NCBI GenBank assembly: GCA_000165425.1
Contig: CT868663.1
Span: forward strand, 186,001 to 250,000
Reading direction: 5' to 3'
Length of the DNA: 64,000 bases
Source of the DNA: Paramecium tetraurelia
Lineage: Eukaryota
The position numbers and the translations under genes are program-made. The notes under the pieces were generated by a model that ran no database searches, was not told the origin of the DNA, and saw only the letters and a program-made list of their open reading frames with translations. Position 1 is the first letter of the stretch; each line of letters opens with the position of its first letter. Of this stretch, positions 25,993-39,995 are shown in pieces.

Positions 25993-27711
25993 TTAATTAT
26001 GTAACCCCATTATCATTATATTAAATATTATTATTGATATATTTCTTCATTAATATAATACTTCTCATTTAGTCAAGCATAATTATTTAAAAAGATCATT
26101 GTGATAGTTTTATGTTTGTGAATTTATTAAATAATTGGAATAATTAGTTCTAGAATAGATAAAATAATATGGAGAAGATTCATGATATTACCAAATAGAT
26201 AGATAATAAGAATAATCAGACTTGAAAAAGTATTTGAGATTACGACTAAAAGAATGGTTAAAAGTATTTTAATCTTAGGAATATATCAAAAATATTGAAT
26301 AATAATAGAGATGCTATTTTGAATTCAAAAGAAATATAATTAATTTAATTTTATGAACATTTCATCAGTAAAGGTTTGAGCGCAAAATAAAGCAATTTGG
26401 ATATAATTTTATAAAAATGCATTAATTTCTCGTGACTTTTATAAAGTATCCCTTTATTCTATTTTTAATTTCAATGATTAAAAACTATCTAAAAGTAATG
26501 CAATTAATTTGAAAGATGGAATATGGATGTATAATGAAAAATAAAAGGTAAAAATATTTGATATATAGTGGTTGTTGTAATCAAATTTTATAGAATCATT
26601 AAGTGCTAAGCATGAGATTAGTAAAGTTGACCTTGTGATACCTCCTAGAAGGATATTAATTGATTATTGAATTTGTTTGAAATTCATCACAGCGACATAA
26701 ATTAAATTAGATATTATTAAATTTAACATAAATGAAAATTCATAACACTTGGTTTGCTTAAGCCACATATTTAGGAATTCTTGGTGCATTAGTTTTTGCT
26801 ACAACAAGGTTTACAGTTCCAGAATATAGACTCTATTATAGAGTAGCCAAAGTTTAACATCTTTGAGATTTCATGATATCAATTAAAATAATCTAACAAT
26901 ATATTCACTTTTGATTTATGCAAGCTCTTATTATATTGATTCAACTTATATTTTTTCATTTTATAAGCATAGACTCCATTTATAATTTACAAGACTTTCT
27001 AATATAATTAAGAGATATTAATTCAAGTTCATTAATTTATTCAAATAGTTAAATCAAAATCAACCTAAGAAGTTTCAGAAAAACAAGAAGAGAATTGTTA
27101 TAAATCTAAATATTATCATTCTAATTTAAATAGCAATCTCATATATAATATATGCTGGACAATTCTTAGCTTAAAGAGCTTCATTTATTGAGATATCATT
27201 TATAAATTGTAGACTAAATAAATAATTTTTAGTATAGAAATATTTAAACAGTCTCAATTCATTTATATTCTATACTAAAATTATATTATTTGAATAAAAT
27301 ACCTTCAATCATCTAGTTATTTAATCAAAAACTCTTGCTTAAGTAGTAGTTAAAGGTTCTTTATCCTAATTATGCATGCAGCATTTTTGAATTGCTTTTA
27401 GTAATAGTCTCACTAAAAACAGACAAAATAATTAAGCTTAAAGATGAACATAATTAATTATAAAAATATTTTGATATTTAAAATATAATATATATAATAT
27501 TATTCTTAATAATAGATTACAGGAGAGTTATCTAAATTTTTAAGTTTAATTTTAATAATTTTGAATACCCCAAACAATTATTTAACTAAGAAGATTTATC
27601 TTTTAATTCAACTTTGTGTTTAGCAAAGATAAAAAGATTACAGAGAATACTTCCATTTGGAGTTTTCATTAAGGAAAGAACAAAGAATATAATATTAATA
27701 ATAATATTATT

Positions 27712-29903
27712 TCAATTCTCATCTTACATTTAAGAATTAGATGTTAGAACTAGTTATTGTGCATCAGGTTCTGCTTAAGGTTCTTAAGTTTAAATTTGAT
27801 TTTGTTATTAAGGTTCTGGTTCACATAATTCTTGTTAATTTTCTTAATCTTATTGTTGCAGATGTTACTCAGGTTGTTATTGTTAGTCAATCAACTCTGT
27901 TGGTTCTGGTTCTGGTTTCAATTCATTTTATTTAATTTCTTTTTATTCATCATGGTCTTAAGCGACATCTTCTGTAATTTGTAATTCTTAAATTTATGGT
28001 AATTCTTAATTGTTTATTTAAACTTCTTTGTTAAATAATAACTCGATTGGTTAAAATTTAACCACATTATTCTATTCCTATTCCTAATCCTAATTTTAGT
28101 TATCATTGTTTAAATTATCATTATTTTAACTATCCTCTTACTCAACCTCATTGAATTCTTGCTTCTCTTAAGTAATAGAATTATCATCACTGCTTTCTAC
28201 TTTTCTTATTCCTGATTAATATGGAATTAATGGGATTGGCACAAATGGATTGTAATTTGAGCTATTTTCTTATTCCTTCATTCTTGGATTGACTCCGCAC
28301 ATCCATTGTTATTCTTTTAAGTTTACTTCATTTAACTCATCTATATAGGTATTCCATTCATCTTTAATTTGATCAATAGATTTCGCTAACTCCTCTGATT
28401 CATTAATATTGGAATTTAGATAATTTGTAATTTTAGTTAAGACTCCTTGAAATGCAGGCTTTTGTTTTCTTGATTCGGATCCATTATGCGCAATTAAAAA
28501 TCGAAGAATGGCTTAATCTTAGTATAATAGGTTTTGCAATTGAGTATTCTTACTTTTGATGATTGATGTGACCAATTTATCAAATTATATTTATAATTGA
28601 TTGTTTGAGGGGTATTTTAGGACTAAATCTAAAATATTTAAGAAGATGATTGGTTTAGTAAATGAATCTGCTATTTCCTATCTTTAACAGAGTTAGATAA
28701 TGAATGAAATTAATTCTAGTTTTGCATCTCCAAGTGGAACTACTTGATCACCTTTAGAAGTTTAAAAAGCCACTTTAAATAGATCTTATTATGACAAAGC
28801 TTATGGTAAATGCGAAATTAAACTAGAATACAGATTTTTTAGATCCACTGCATACTTTCCCTCATCTATCTATTCAATCTTGATGTAATATTCAAATTGA
28901 ATGTTTAATAAGTTATAGACTACAGTGTTTTGAGTCTAGATTGCAAGATTCATGAAATATTATGGTTAGGCAACATTCTATAAAATTGTTCTCAAGGATG
29001 TCATAGTTTCAAGTGAGATTAAAGTTCTCTTGTAGAGTTCAATTAAGATATCGCATAAATTTGAGATGATTGCATTAGAATTTGAGTCAACAGATAAAAG
29101 TTTCTGACTTCTTATAATTAAATCAGATCTCTCCTTGAGATAATTTTTATCATCATTTTCTTCTTGGTTTGTGTCTAATATGATCAGTTTCTCAATGATT
29201 TCAGTTATGTGTTTTAATTCAGCATGCTTGAACAGATTTGTTATGACTTTTGGATTTTTTATTAAATACTCCCAAAACTATTATAATTGTAATAGACTTT
29301 TACATCATGTCCTCTTCTATGAATAATGGCTCCAATAATCTTGTTAACATAACCAGCTGTAGTGACAACTAGAGTATCATTTCCTAAAACCTGCAAGAAA
29401 TCAGCAAGCAAATGCTATCTAATCGACTCTTTATCTTCTTATTCTTATGTGGGTTGAGATTCAGTTTGTTAGTCGTCTAGGGGATTTTAAACATCTTCTT
29501 GGGGGTTGTCAAGGGGTTTGTCAAATAAATAATTAATTAGTTTCTCATTCTCGGAACTAAACACTTCGCTAATGATAAATTGAAATCTATGATCGTATAA
29601 ACAATTACTTAATGTATTATTAAATATCTTATTCTTGTGGCTAGACATCATCAATAATGTAATGGATCATTTTTTTGTACTCATTAGGATGTGAGATAAT
29701 ACTAAAAATCATATTATAATTTTACAAGTCAGCAAACTTCCCAGAGCTAGACATTTTCAATTCTGACAATATGTCATCTTCATTTAAGATTGTTTCTAAT
29801 GTCAGGTTTTCTTACTTAAGCAAGTTGTCTAATTTCGATTGGAAACCAAATCCAAAGAATCGACCAAAACTACAATATATACAACATCTTACTTAAAAAA
29901 CAT
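27712..29903 (-). CDS. SIT4-associated protein / PP6 regulatory subunit (SAPS family)
   Basis: N-terminus FGFGFQSKLDNLLKQENLTLETILNEDDILSELK, TTAGYVNK, PLGDAKLELI, YEWNN motif; Q/E-rich tail. Confidence 0.88.
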
Positions 29904-30207
29904 GAAATGATTTTATTAATTTTATTTAATTAATAATAATCTCAACACCTAAAGAGACTATATAATGCTCATAATATGGAATTAGATCCATTATTTCTTT
30001 TAAAAAGTAACAATACAGGCATATAATTTTTAAATATAATTTCATTAGAACAACCTTGAATTTTAAGAAATCTCAATTGTCTTTCACATTTTCATTGTGG
30101 CATGCATGTTAATAATGGTTTTTGAACTCCGATTAGAGGATTTTAATAAACTTTTTACTTTTAATTCTTTAGATTCACAAATCATTAAATATAAATTTAT
30201 ATAATTT

Positions 30208-30966
30208 ATGAAAATTAATTCTGAGTTGATTCAAGGGTCCCATCATTTCATCAATCCATTGAATGAACGACAACTTGATTTAAGAGGTATGTCTATTCCT
30301 TACCATTTTTATAGCCAAGAAAATAACAGCCATTGAAAATTTGGGAGCTACTTTGGTATCAAGAATCTTTATTGTAGGATTTCTTCGACCACATTGATCT
30401 GGGGGATAATGATATCAAAAAACTAGGAAATCTCACCTTGTTGAAAAGGTATAGTAATCAATTCATCACTTCAGGTTAAAAACTTTAAACCTATCCAATA
30501 ACAGGATCACGAAATTGACTGATATTTCTGACTCGTTACCCAACATTGAAAACTTAATTCTGATGAACAATAGACTTACAGACATTAATGAAATGTATTA
30601 ATTAAGAAATTGCAAAAAGTTAAAGCGCTTGATTTTGCATGGTAATCTCATAACTCAACAACCTGATTATCGCTATAAAGTTATAGCCATTTTACCTAAT
30701 CTCAAAGTTTTAGATTTCAATAAAGTGACATTGGCAGTTAATCCTCTATTATTATGTTTTAGGAACGTGAAAAAGCAGTTGAATCCTTCAAGCCCGACGA
30801 ATTGACAGATTACATGAATTTAGTCAATTTGAAAGATGCCACAATCGACAAAGATCACATTAAGAAATTACTTGAGAATGCCAAAACATTCGATTAAATT
30901 AATTAATTGGAGATGCTGCTAAAATAATAATAAGTAAAAAATTTATCCATCCTGAATGATTAATGA
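30208..30966 (+). CDS. SNRPA1: U2 snRNP protein A' (leucine-rich repeat)
   Basis: FINPLNERQLDLR, IENLGATLD, IDLGDNDIKKL, LKTLNLSNNRI, YRYKVIAILPNLKVLDF; four short introns. Confidence 0.95.
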
Positions 30967-31845
30967 TTATCAAGTATGTCAATTCAAATTGTAAATCCAT
31001 TTAAACAAATAATATTATATAAATATCCAAAGAATATGCTAATATTGGAAGGGAGAAAGGGGTTTTGATTACAATTAAAAATAAAATCTTGTATAAATAT
31101 ATAAAATAAAATGAAGTAACTTTTAAATATGAAAATCTCTTTTGGTTTAGACTTTTAGGTTGTTTTTAATAAATATTTAATTGGAAATCCTCCTCAATAT
31201 TCAAATAATTTTCATGATTCAGTAAACCAGATATAAAATTAAGGCTTTAATATTTAATTTTACATAATAATAAAAAAAATTGAACAAATACTTCTTAGAC
31301 TTTTAAACAATTATTTATAATCATATAAATGAATTAGAGAATATATAGTTTATAATTATCTATTTGTAATTATAAAAATGAATAAACTATTACAATCACA
31401 AAAGCAGATCGAGTTATAATTACATTTCAGTATCAAATAATGCTTAAAATAAATTTAAATTATAATTAATTAACTTATTCTATTTACACCATTCTAAAAG
31501 CTATTGAGTATCCTTTTTATTCCCAATATTTAAAAGCTATTAGTCTTGTTTTACATAAAGGTTTCGTATTATAAGCAAGAGAGTTTTTATTTGTAATTCC
31601 GTTTTCATTGTTGGAATTAATTAATTTTTTAAATATATGTTAGTCAAATGATAGAATAAATTATTTTGTTAGAGACTTTTAAAATTTAAAATGACTTATA
31701 TTGATTTTTCTCTATTATCATGAGTAACTAAATGATTTAAAACATTCTAATTAAACTTTTGGAAAATGTTATTGGCAATATGTGCTTAATGATAGTTTGG
31801 AAGATTAAAGACAGACAAAAGTTTGAAGGTGCAATTAAAACTAGA

Positions 31846-32502
31846 TCATAACCTATATTTATACCTTTTTTAATAAAGTTAAATGATATCTGAATAATAG
31901 GTAACTTAATTTTTATTTGTATTCCATACATTTTATTGAAAATACATTTTAAAGCATTTTTAGATACAGACTTTGACACATATCTCAATAATTTCATCCT
32001 TTTATTATTAGGGAATAAGCTAATGCTTTGCAATAGTTTCAAGAAATTATCTGATTTTATTCTTATAAGTTTTTGTTGGAGTGGCCAATAAATTTGCTGC
32101 AATTTTAGCACATTTAATCAATAATACCTCATCCTTAATAATTTGGAACAATTTAATCATTTCATCATAGTTTTAATTTTTAATTGCATTCAATAATTTC
32201 TCTTCGCCATCTTAAGATTAATTATCATGTTCAATAGATTCTCCTTTTAAATTGGCAATGGCTATTTATAATTGTGCACCTATATTTTCTAATAATTTAT
32301 ATTATTCATTAGTGCTGTTGATCTATTTCCGAAGTTAGATTTTTTTATTATGCTACTCCATGCACACTTATATATTCTCTTCTAAATATTTAGTCATATC
32401 ATGTGATGTTTTGTGAATTTGACTATTTATTTGACTCACAATGTATGGAAGTTGGTGTAAGGGTGTTGATAAGACTCTTTCAGGAAACGGGTGCGATATC
32501 AT
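31846..32502 (-). CDS. hypothetical protein
   Basis: Uninterrupted ciliate-code frame MISHPFPERVLSTPLHQLPY... to TGA at 31846-31848; true 3' end uncertain. Confidence 0.55.
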
Positions 32503-32974
32503 ATATATATAAATAAATAATAACAATGTCAAAATCAAATTAATATTTAATTTTTACATATCTATCAATATTGCTCTCTTGAACTTGGATAGAATAATAT
32601 AAAGAATTGAAATTGAGATCTTTTTAAACTTAATAAAAAGTAATTAGTTTCCATAATTACTATGCTTCTAAGTAAGTGCTTAAGTTTTTGTTTATAATTT
32701 TTAAGGTTTCATCAAGATCAAGCAACTAGGTTAATGTCTTATTTAATTATTAATATTTCAAATGAATTTCTACTTAATTGCTGATTTGAGAATAACTATA
32801 CATAAGTAATTAATTTTAATAAATTAAAGTAAATAAGAAATTAAAAGTATCAAATTCTGTTACTTAAACCCTATATATTGATATTAGCTACAATAAATGA
32901 TTAATTAGGTTTTATTTAATATTTATTTATTCTATCTAATTTTTTACTGATTTTATTATGCATAGGCTGACATC

Positions 32975-33990
32975 AGATAGATAGATAAAATTATCTTTGC
33001 ATCTGTTGGAATAGAATTTCTATTGGATTGTTTAATATGTTAGCTATAAGATATTGTGCAGGAACTCTAAATACAGTCATTTTTTTTATGTTTTGTTTGT
33101 ATTGTTCTTTCATCATTATCTAAATAACATAATTCAATTCTTATTATAAATTTAATAGCAAAACAAAAGCTGCCCTTAATTCGTGTTTAATGAATAGTTG
33201 ATAGCTATCATTAAGATTTATAGACTTAATATAGACTGGAGATCTCTAAGATAAGAATGTGTATAATGGGGGATTGGTATGTTACTTTAACAGAATTAGA
33301 ATGGCTGTTACTGTTTTAAAGACAGCAGCATTATTTCTTATGGAAATGCCCTCTATAATGTTAGGACCTCCAGTATTTTCCATTTTAGTTATGGGATATT
33401 GGGCACCTTGATTAAACTCCTTTTTTATATCTATTCTATGAGAGATGCAAATGGAATTAGTGACACTCTCTTCATTACTGTTGGATGCATTTTGCTAATT
33501 TATTTTGACATCTTCTTCAGCCTCTCTCTGGTATTAAATATATAATATGATATTTTTAGGTTCCATTAATAAAGAGATAGATAATTAATTCATTTTTAAG
33601 TTTTGGAATCTGTTGAAAGATCTAACATCTATCTTTTGGTTCATTAATATTGGGGCAATATTATTGGCCTTAGTAGGTCTTGGCTAGAATATATTAAATA
33701 ATAAGATCAAAAATTTTTAAGAAAATAAAAAATAACCAGTGAAATGCTTAATAGACTGTATAAAATAATATGCGTCATATTTTGAAAGATTTTGGTCTTC
33801 TTAAATAAAAATGCATTTATTTAGATTACTGTAACTGGAGATAACTATTCGACTGCATCCAAAATGGATTTGGCATAGTTTGGAATAATGCAACCAGTTC
33901 GCTGTACTTGGTAACTATTTATTGCATTATCAAAAACTTTTCTATGCTATATGATAATTAAGAGCTCCATAACCTATTTAAGACTTTTTG
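32975..33990 (+). pseudogene. choline transporter-like (CTL/SLC44) pseudogene
   Basis: CTL-like blocks (IRYCAG, NRIRMAVTVLKTAALFL, SFGSLIL, KCLIDCI, NAFIQITVTGDNY) lie in different frames, with an in-frame TGA at 33409-33411; boundaries approximate. Confidence 0.7.
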
Positions 33991-34036
33991 AAATAGCATA
34001 AAAAATAATGATAAATTAAGTTATATATATAAAAAA

Positions 34037-35491
34037 TCATTTGAGTTTTATTGTTTTTGGGAGAAAATGCCTAAATAAAATATAGTTTAATAAATTACAC
34101 AAAAATTCCCATTTTCATTTTATCGTATTTTTTATGAAGAGAACTGTCTGTTTTTTAATTCTCACTAATTTCAACACTATCAAAATCATAATAGCGTTAT
34201 TATTCTTCATTCAAGGGCTCTTCACAAACTGATTTCTAATAATTTGGATTGAGAGATTAGCAATAATTAATACTGCTTTATTAAGTGAGACTTGAATTCT
34301 TACGAATATCATCTCTTTAGAAAGCATTGCGAGCAGAACCTACAGGAGGTGGAGCCAATAGATTGTTAGATCTGAATAATAATAATTAAGGTGTAAGTAC
34401 CCATGTTGTACAAGACCTGAAAGTTATTTTTCAATAGATTTTTTCATCTCATTGGAATTAAGTGGAATGTTATTACGACTTAGATTTTAATTTGTATCTG
34501 TCTGATAATGTGTGGATGACTTAATTTCAGTCCAATCAAAATTACCATCTATCACAGTATTTGTGGAATCTGCAGCCCTTTTCAACTCCTGCAAAATCAT
34601 TTTATAATTAGGCTCTTATTTAAATTATAACCTTCTTATGTAACTATGAAATCTAATAAGAGTTTTTACTCATATACTCTTTATAACTCTCCTGTCTAAT
34701 CCTTAAATAGCTCATGTTCAAGGGATAACTTCATTTCTCCAACCTTCTTTGTTCTCTCGTCGTCAGTGACATTAACCATATTCTACCATGGCAACTATCT
34801 TGATTACTAAATAACTTAATACCCACGTAAGAAATACAACAAAATGTACATCAAAGACTCCAGGTCATCTTTTCTTCCTAATTCATGTCCCAAATGAGCT
34901 GCTATGGATGCATATCTGGTGGTTCCTAAAAAGGATTTCTACTCTTTAAAAGATCTATCAATTAATTCCTCTATCTTACATGTGTTTCCCATTGGCATCC
35001 CTATATATTTTGCTAATGCCAAAATCAATTAAGTATAATTTGGAGATTTCTCTACCGACTCCAAGAATCATGTTTTCTGGTTTTAAATCTCTATGAATAA
35101 CTCCTTTTTAATGAGATCTCTCTAAAATCTATACTGCCTAAATCCCTAGAGTCAATACAGTTTTTAGAGAGAATTTCTTCAATTGTTTAAAATGATAAGC
35201 CAAGTCCTTCCCCAACAATTAGATTACCAAAATATTATAACCTTAATCTTCACCAGACCAAAAATATTTCGGAAACCCCTCTGCTCCATCCAATTTTTTT
35301 AGAATCTGCACTTCTCTCTCAAGTGAACGAACTTCCTCATTTTCCTCCTTCTCCACTTTTATTGCTACTTCTTATTTTGTCAGCAAGTCATTCCCAAGGA
35401 AGACTACACCAAATGAACCTGAGGAAAGTTTTTTTACGATCTGATATTGATTGTTGAAAACCTTTTAATTTGAAGATGTCTTCTAATGCAT
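34037..35491 (-). CDS. casein kinase 1-like Ser/Thr kinase
   Basis: [53 protein letters not shown]. Confidence 0.93.
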
Positions 35492-36252
35492 ACTTAATTA
35501 TCTGTAAATTAATGAATTAATATTTATTTTTCTCAATCAATACTAAATATACGTTATATCTCATTGGAATATCGTAATATGCATTTTCTTATAGAACATA
35601 AGTAAATTCAAATTAAATCTTGATTTCAAGAAAATTTTAGAAATATTTCATTCTAATATACATCAAACCAATTTTTAATAAATGTAAATAAACTGATAAC
35701 TCAAGCAATTTAATTCACTAGATTTATATCATTCTTTGAAAATTCAGCATTTCTATGTCAAAATTTATAACTGTTAAATTATGAAAATAGTGTTGATATT
35801 AGATCCACACTTAAATTAACAAATAAATGAATTAAAATGAAGAGTCTAAATTAAACCAACCTTATTCGATACTTTACAAACATCCCATTAATATTCAATA
35901 ATAATTAATATAATTCAGATACTGTTTTGACAAAAACAAATTTATTTATAATTAAATTGATCAAATTATTACTTCTCTAGAAATACATTTAAGCTTAAAG
36001 AGAATATATGAACTATCTCTATTATTTATATCCAAGTATTTATCAAAATTTGATATCATTTAATATGATTAAACATAATCAATTTTAAATCAATCTGCAT
36101 ACATGGTTACATCCAAATACATAAATTTGATTGAGACGATTGAATCTTTAAAATATAATCATAAGATAATATTAAATTTAGTATATATGATTGTAATATT
36201 AATAAATGTAATATGAATTATTTTCAAAATTTACTATATTAAATAATTATTC

Positions 36253-37654
36253 ATGCACAATTACGGACATATTGAAGGAGACAGTGGATTGATGACATCA
36301 CAATTTCATCTTGGGGATTCACCAAAGGCCATGATCGATTACAGTCATAGTGAGAGAATTGAAACATTGGTTTAGAAAAGCATTATGCAATCAGAGATTA
36401 GAAAACGTAGAACCGGTGAATCTCAGAGTCTTATAGAACACTCGAATATGCAATTGAATGGTCATCTACTACCTTAAATCACCTTAAATTGTTAATCTCC
36501 AGCTGTGTTTGATTAAATAGCACTAGAACTTAAATAATAGTAATTCACATTTCTTAATTTTTGAGTAACTACACCTGCATTATGCGAGAAGCAAATCAAA
36601 TGATGTTTCTGTAGACTAAGCTTGATTCATTTTGTCAAAAGATCATAAAGAATGTGTGCACTCCAACTTACATAGCAAGTTAAAGTAACAATAGCCTAAT
36701 TTTGGTGAAATATTCAAAATAGAAACTCAAAATTGATGCTTTATCTGGAGTACATTTAAGCATTATAGTTAGAATTACAAATTGAATGAGGATGTATTGT
36801 TGTCTGTTTGTTTTGTGGTTAAGAGGTACAATCAAACTCATAAGGATTTTGAACCTGTGGATGATATGAGCTATATAAACCCTTTTGCAATCACAGCTAT
36901 TTCAATGAATAGAATTTATATTTATTTGGAAGACAATTAAGATTTTAAATAAAAGTTGGATTTCATTTTGAAAGACATTGATTCAATTGCAAAGCCAAAA
37001 AAACAATAATTGTAGAAATACATGCAAGAAAGTTCGTAATTGGTTCTTGATACATTTTAGCAATTTAAATCGAAAACATTGAAATATGATTATCAATATT
37101 ATCTGATGGCTATTGAGAAGGTGGTGTATGAATCGGTTTATGATAAGCTATTTCACTTTTATGTTGATTTCAATGAGAAGAATGAGAATCAATTTAACAT
37201 CAAAAAGTATTGATAAATGAAAATAGAGATCACAAATAATTGCCAAGTGTAGTGAACATGAAACCATGGAATTCCTGGAAATAAAAAATAAATATAGGTT
37301 AAATCATTAATATTGGAATGGGATTGCTGAATTAAATAAAGTGGATAAATCTACCAATCCCAGGGATAAACTCAGATCCATTTAACAAATGATATGTCTA
37401 ATCAAATGTACAGATTTAATGCAATATGTTTAGCATTAATTTATGAAAACAGTAATTGTGAATTAACAACAATGGATGATGAATTGCCTGTTATGATCTA
37501 TATCATCTTATATAGTGAATTTTAGAACAAATTCGCATCGATTCATTATGTGGATGACTTCTGTAATACTGATCCCACTATTGAGACTGAGAAAAGAACA
37601 GTAACTACTCTTAGAGTATCTTTGGAGTATATTGCTAATGAATGGTAAATTTGA
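36253..37654 (+). CDS. VPS9-domain protein (Rab5-family GEF)
   Basis: AELNKVDKSTNPRDKL, TMDDELPVMIYIIL, TTLRVSLEYI; several introns; TGA 37652-37654. Confidence 0.85.
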
Positions 37655-37685
37655 TAATCTATAACAATATTTTGATAAAATTATA

Positions 37686-38682
37686 ATGTCTGAAAAAAAA
37701 ATAAGAAAGAAGTACCATGACAAAATAGACTTCAAATTGGATCTTCCTGACACTAACAACAAAAAGGAAAAAGCAAGATAAAGTGCCAAAAACACCAGAT
37801 AGAGGAAAAAGGCATACATTGACAGTTTAGAGTAAAAGGTTTTAAATTAATAAAAGTGTGAGGTGGCTTAATTGACAGCTCAATTGAATTAAAATAAGAA
37901 AGTGGAATCCAAGCCTAGTTTGATGTAGCTGATGGAACAGTTTTTGCTTGATAGAAAACAATAATTCGACATGTTGGAGAAAGCATATCAAGAGGGAAAT
38001 GAGGCTAATATTAAAGTGATTACCAATTCGTTAAGATTTAAATACGGTATATCTGGTCAAGGTCGTTTGATGGCAATTAACAAAGTATTTGAATTGCTTA
38101 TAGATTTGTTGTTGCCAATGCATATGAGATACCTATTTTGGGTTGCTTCAGAAGGTATGCTAATTCTCATCATTTAGATGTTGACATATTCAAAAGAGAA
38201 AGATAATCGAGTGAGTTCTATTCCTTTGATATGAGTGATAGCTAAATAAATTGCTTAAATTCATTTGGATTAGACGATGATTAAATTCTAAAAATATAAA
38301 ATATGCAATAAACAATACAAGAGTAAAGATCTCATTACGATAATCTAATAATTGAGATCTACAAAATACAACAATCAATTGTCAAAGAAAGTGAGAAATG
38401 TTAAACTATAGTTGATGAAATTTGGGATGTTCTGGAACCCAAATAAGCAGCCGGATTATTGATTACATTAGATAAGGCAAATTTATTTTCTAATAATAGA
38501 GTCGAATTGAATAATTTAGGGAGAAGAAAGTATATCCTGATTGTGTAATTTTAACGCTTTAAAAGAGGGCGAAGGAAGAAATATAAAGATAATCATAATT
38601 TTCCTATTTTGAAATGAAAAAAGAACAAAAATAGGAAGAACTAGGATTGAATAATTATTTTTAAGCAGAATATAATAATTGA
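37686..38682 (+). CDS. bZIP transcription factor
   Basis: Basic region KKEKARQSAKNTRQRKKAYIDSLEQK followed by a zipper and a helical C-terminal domain (LLLPMHMRYLFWVA). Confidence 0.8.
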
Positions 38683-39044
38683 CTTGTTATAAATAAGTTT
38701 CTTAATTAAAATTTATGTTCATTAACAAACATCATCATAAATTCAACCTTTTATTTAATCGACTTGAAAGTAATCATAATTATAATAAATTATTTCATTT
38801 TTAGTGGATTAAACATAATTTAGTTTACATACATCAAAAAGATTTTTGAGATTAAGATCTCCATACACTTATGTTTTGCATTATAAATTTAAAGAATTAT
38901 ATTAGCAAGGTCGTATTTTTATTTCAGCCATATAATTAAATCTTTATTTAGATGAAAAATGTTTAATATTCCAAATTTCGATTATCATTGCTTCATCAGA
39001 ATATCTTACTCAACATATTTATATAATTAAATTAATTTATACAA

Positions 39045-39320
39045 ATGATGTGTTTTTAATATAATGGTGCAAACAATCGTAGTGTCGATGGCATAGAATA
39101 GGTTCTTATTGATGGCAAGTGGGTGTTAGCTGATGATGTATCTAAAATTAACTAGGCAATTAAAAACTCAATAAATGAGGAACAAGTTTAAGGATAAATT
39201 ATGAATTAAGATTAACCAAAGGTGGAACCATAATAGTAAAAATAAGGAGTAAACGAAGAAACTCAAGTTTAAGAAGATGGATAATAGTAATAACAATAGC
39301 CAATTAAGGATCAATCATGA
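39045..39320 (+). CDS. small Gln-rich hypothetical protein (91 aa)
   Basis: MMCFQYNGANNRSVDGIEQVLIDGKWVLADD... open to TGA 39318-39320. Confidence 0.55.
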
Positions 39321-39574
39321 TAAAATAATAATATTCGATTCATTAAAATAAATTATATATTTTATATTAACTAGAATAATTGATTCAAAATATCAATTCA
39401 ATTTTTAGTCATTTTATCCATTAAATATTTAACGGAGTAATTTTTATGAGCTGAAGAATATTATGAAATCAACAAGAGATATATTAGATTTATTAGTAAA
39501 CATATATATGTGGCTTAAAAAATTCCTTAATTTATTTAATTTGTAAATAATTAAATTACTAAAAGCAAGAGTTT

Positions 39575-39995
39575 ATGAACGGAGAAGATTTCAGAAGTAA
39601 ATTAAGGGAATTTCATCTAAGAAGTAAAGAATAAAGTACACAGGAATCAAAAGTTATTTTGGAAGATGAAAAAAATGAATAATGCTTGCTGTGTAAAATT
39701 GATTTTAGAGGATCGTACAATAGGTATAACTATGCATTTATGTTATTTAGGCAATTTATTGAGAACGAACCTATTAAAATAAAAGGAGGTGACATTTTCG
39801 AGATAAAGACAAATTCATCCACTTTAACATACAATAGAAATTAAGGTAAAAACCAAAGGAACCATAAAACCATATGATGCAATAGAAAAAACACTCAAGG
39901 ATTTAAGTGAAGAATTCAAAAATTTAGAAGATGAATGGGCAAGAGCAAGAAAAGTTGCTGAAAAAGAGAAACATTTAATGAAATTAGAAATATGA
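39575..39995 (+). CDS. RPB11: RNA polymerase subunit RPB11-like (RPB11/AC19 family), divergent
   Basis: EDRTIGNLLRTNLL...HPLQHTIEIKVKT...PYDAI matches the family EDHTLGN...HP motif; one intron. Confidence 0.8.

Noticed and set aside
27720..28150. Repetitive TTG/TTA-rich tract as a satellite or CRISPR-like array
   Set aside because: It is the Gln/Glu-rich coding tail of the SAPS gene on the minus strand; there are no fixed repeats with spacers.
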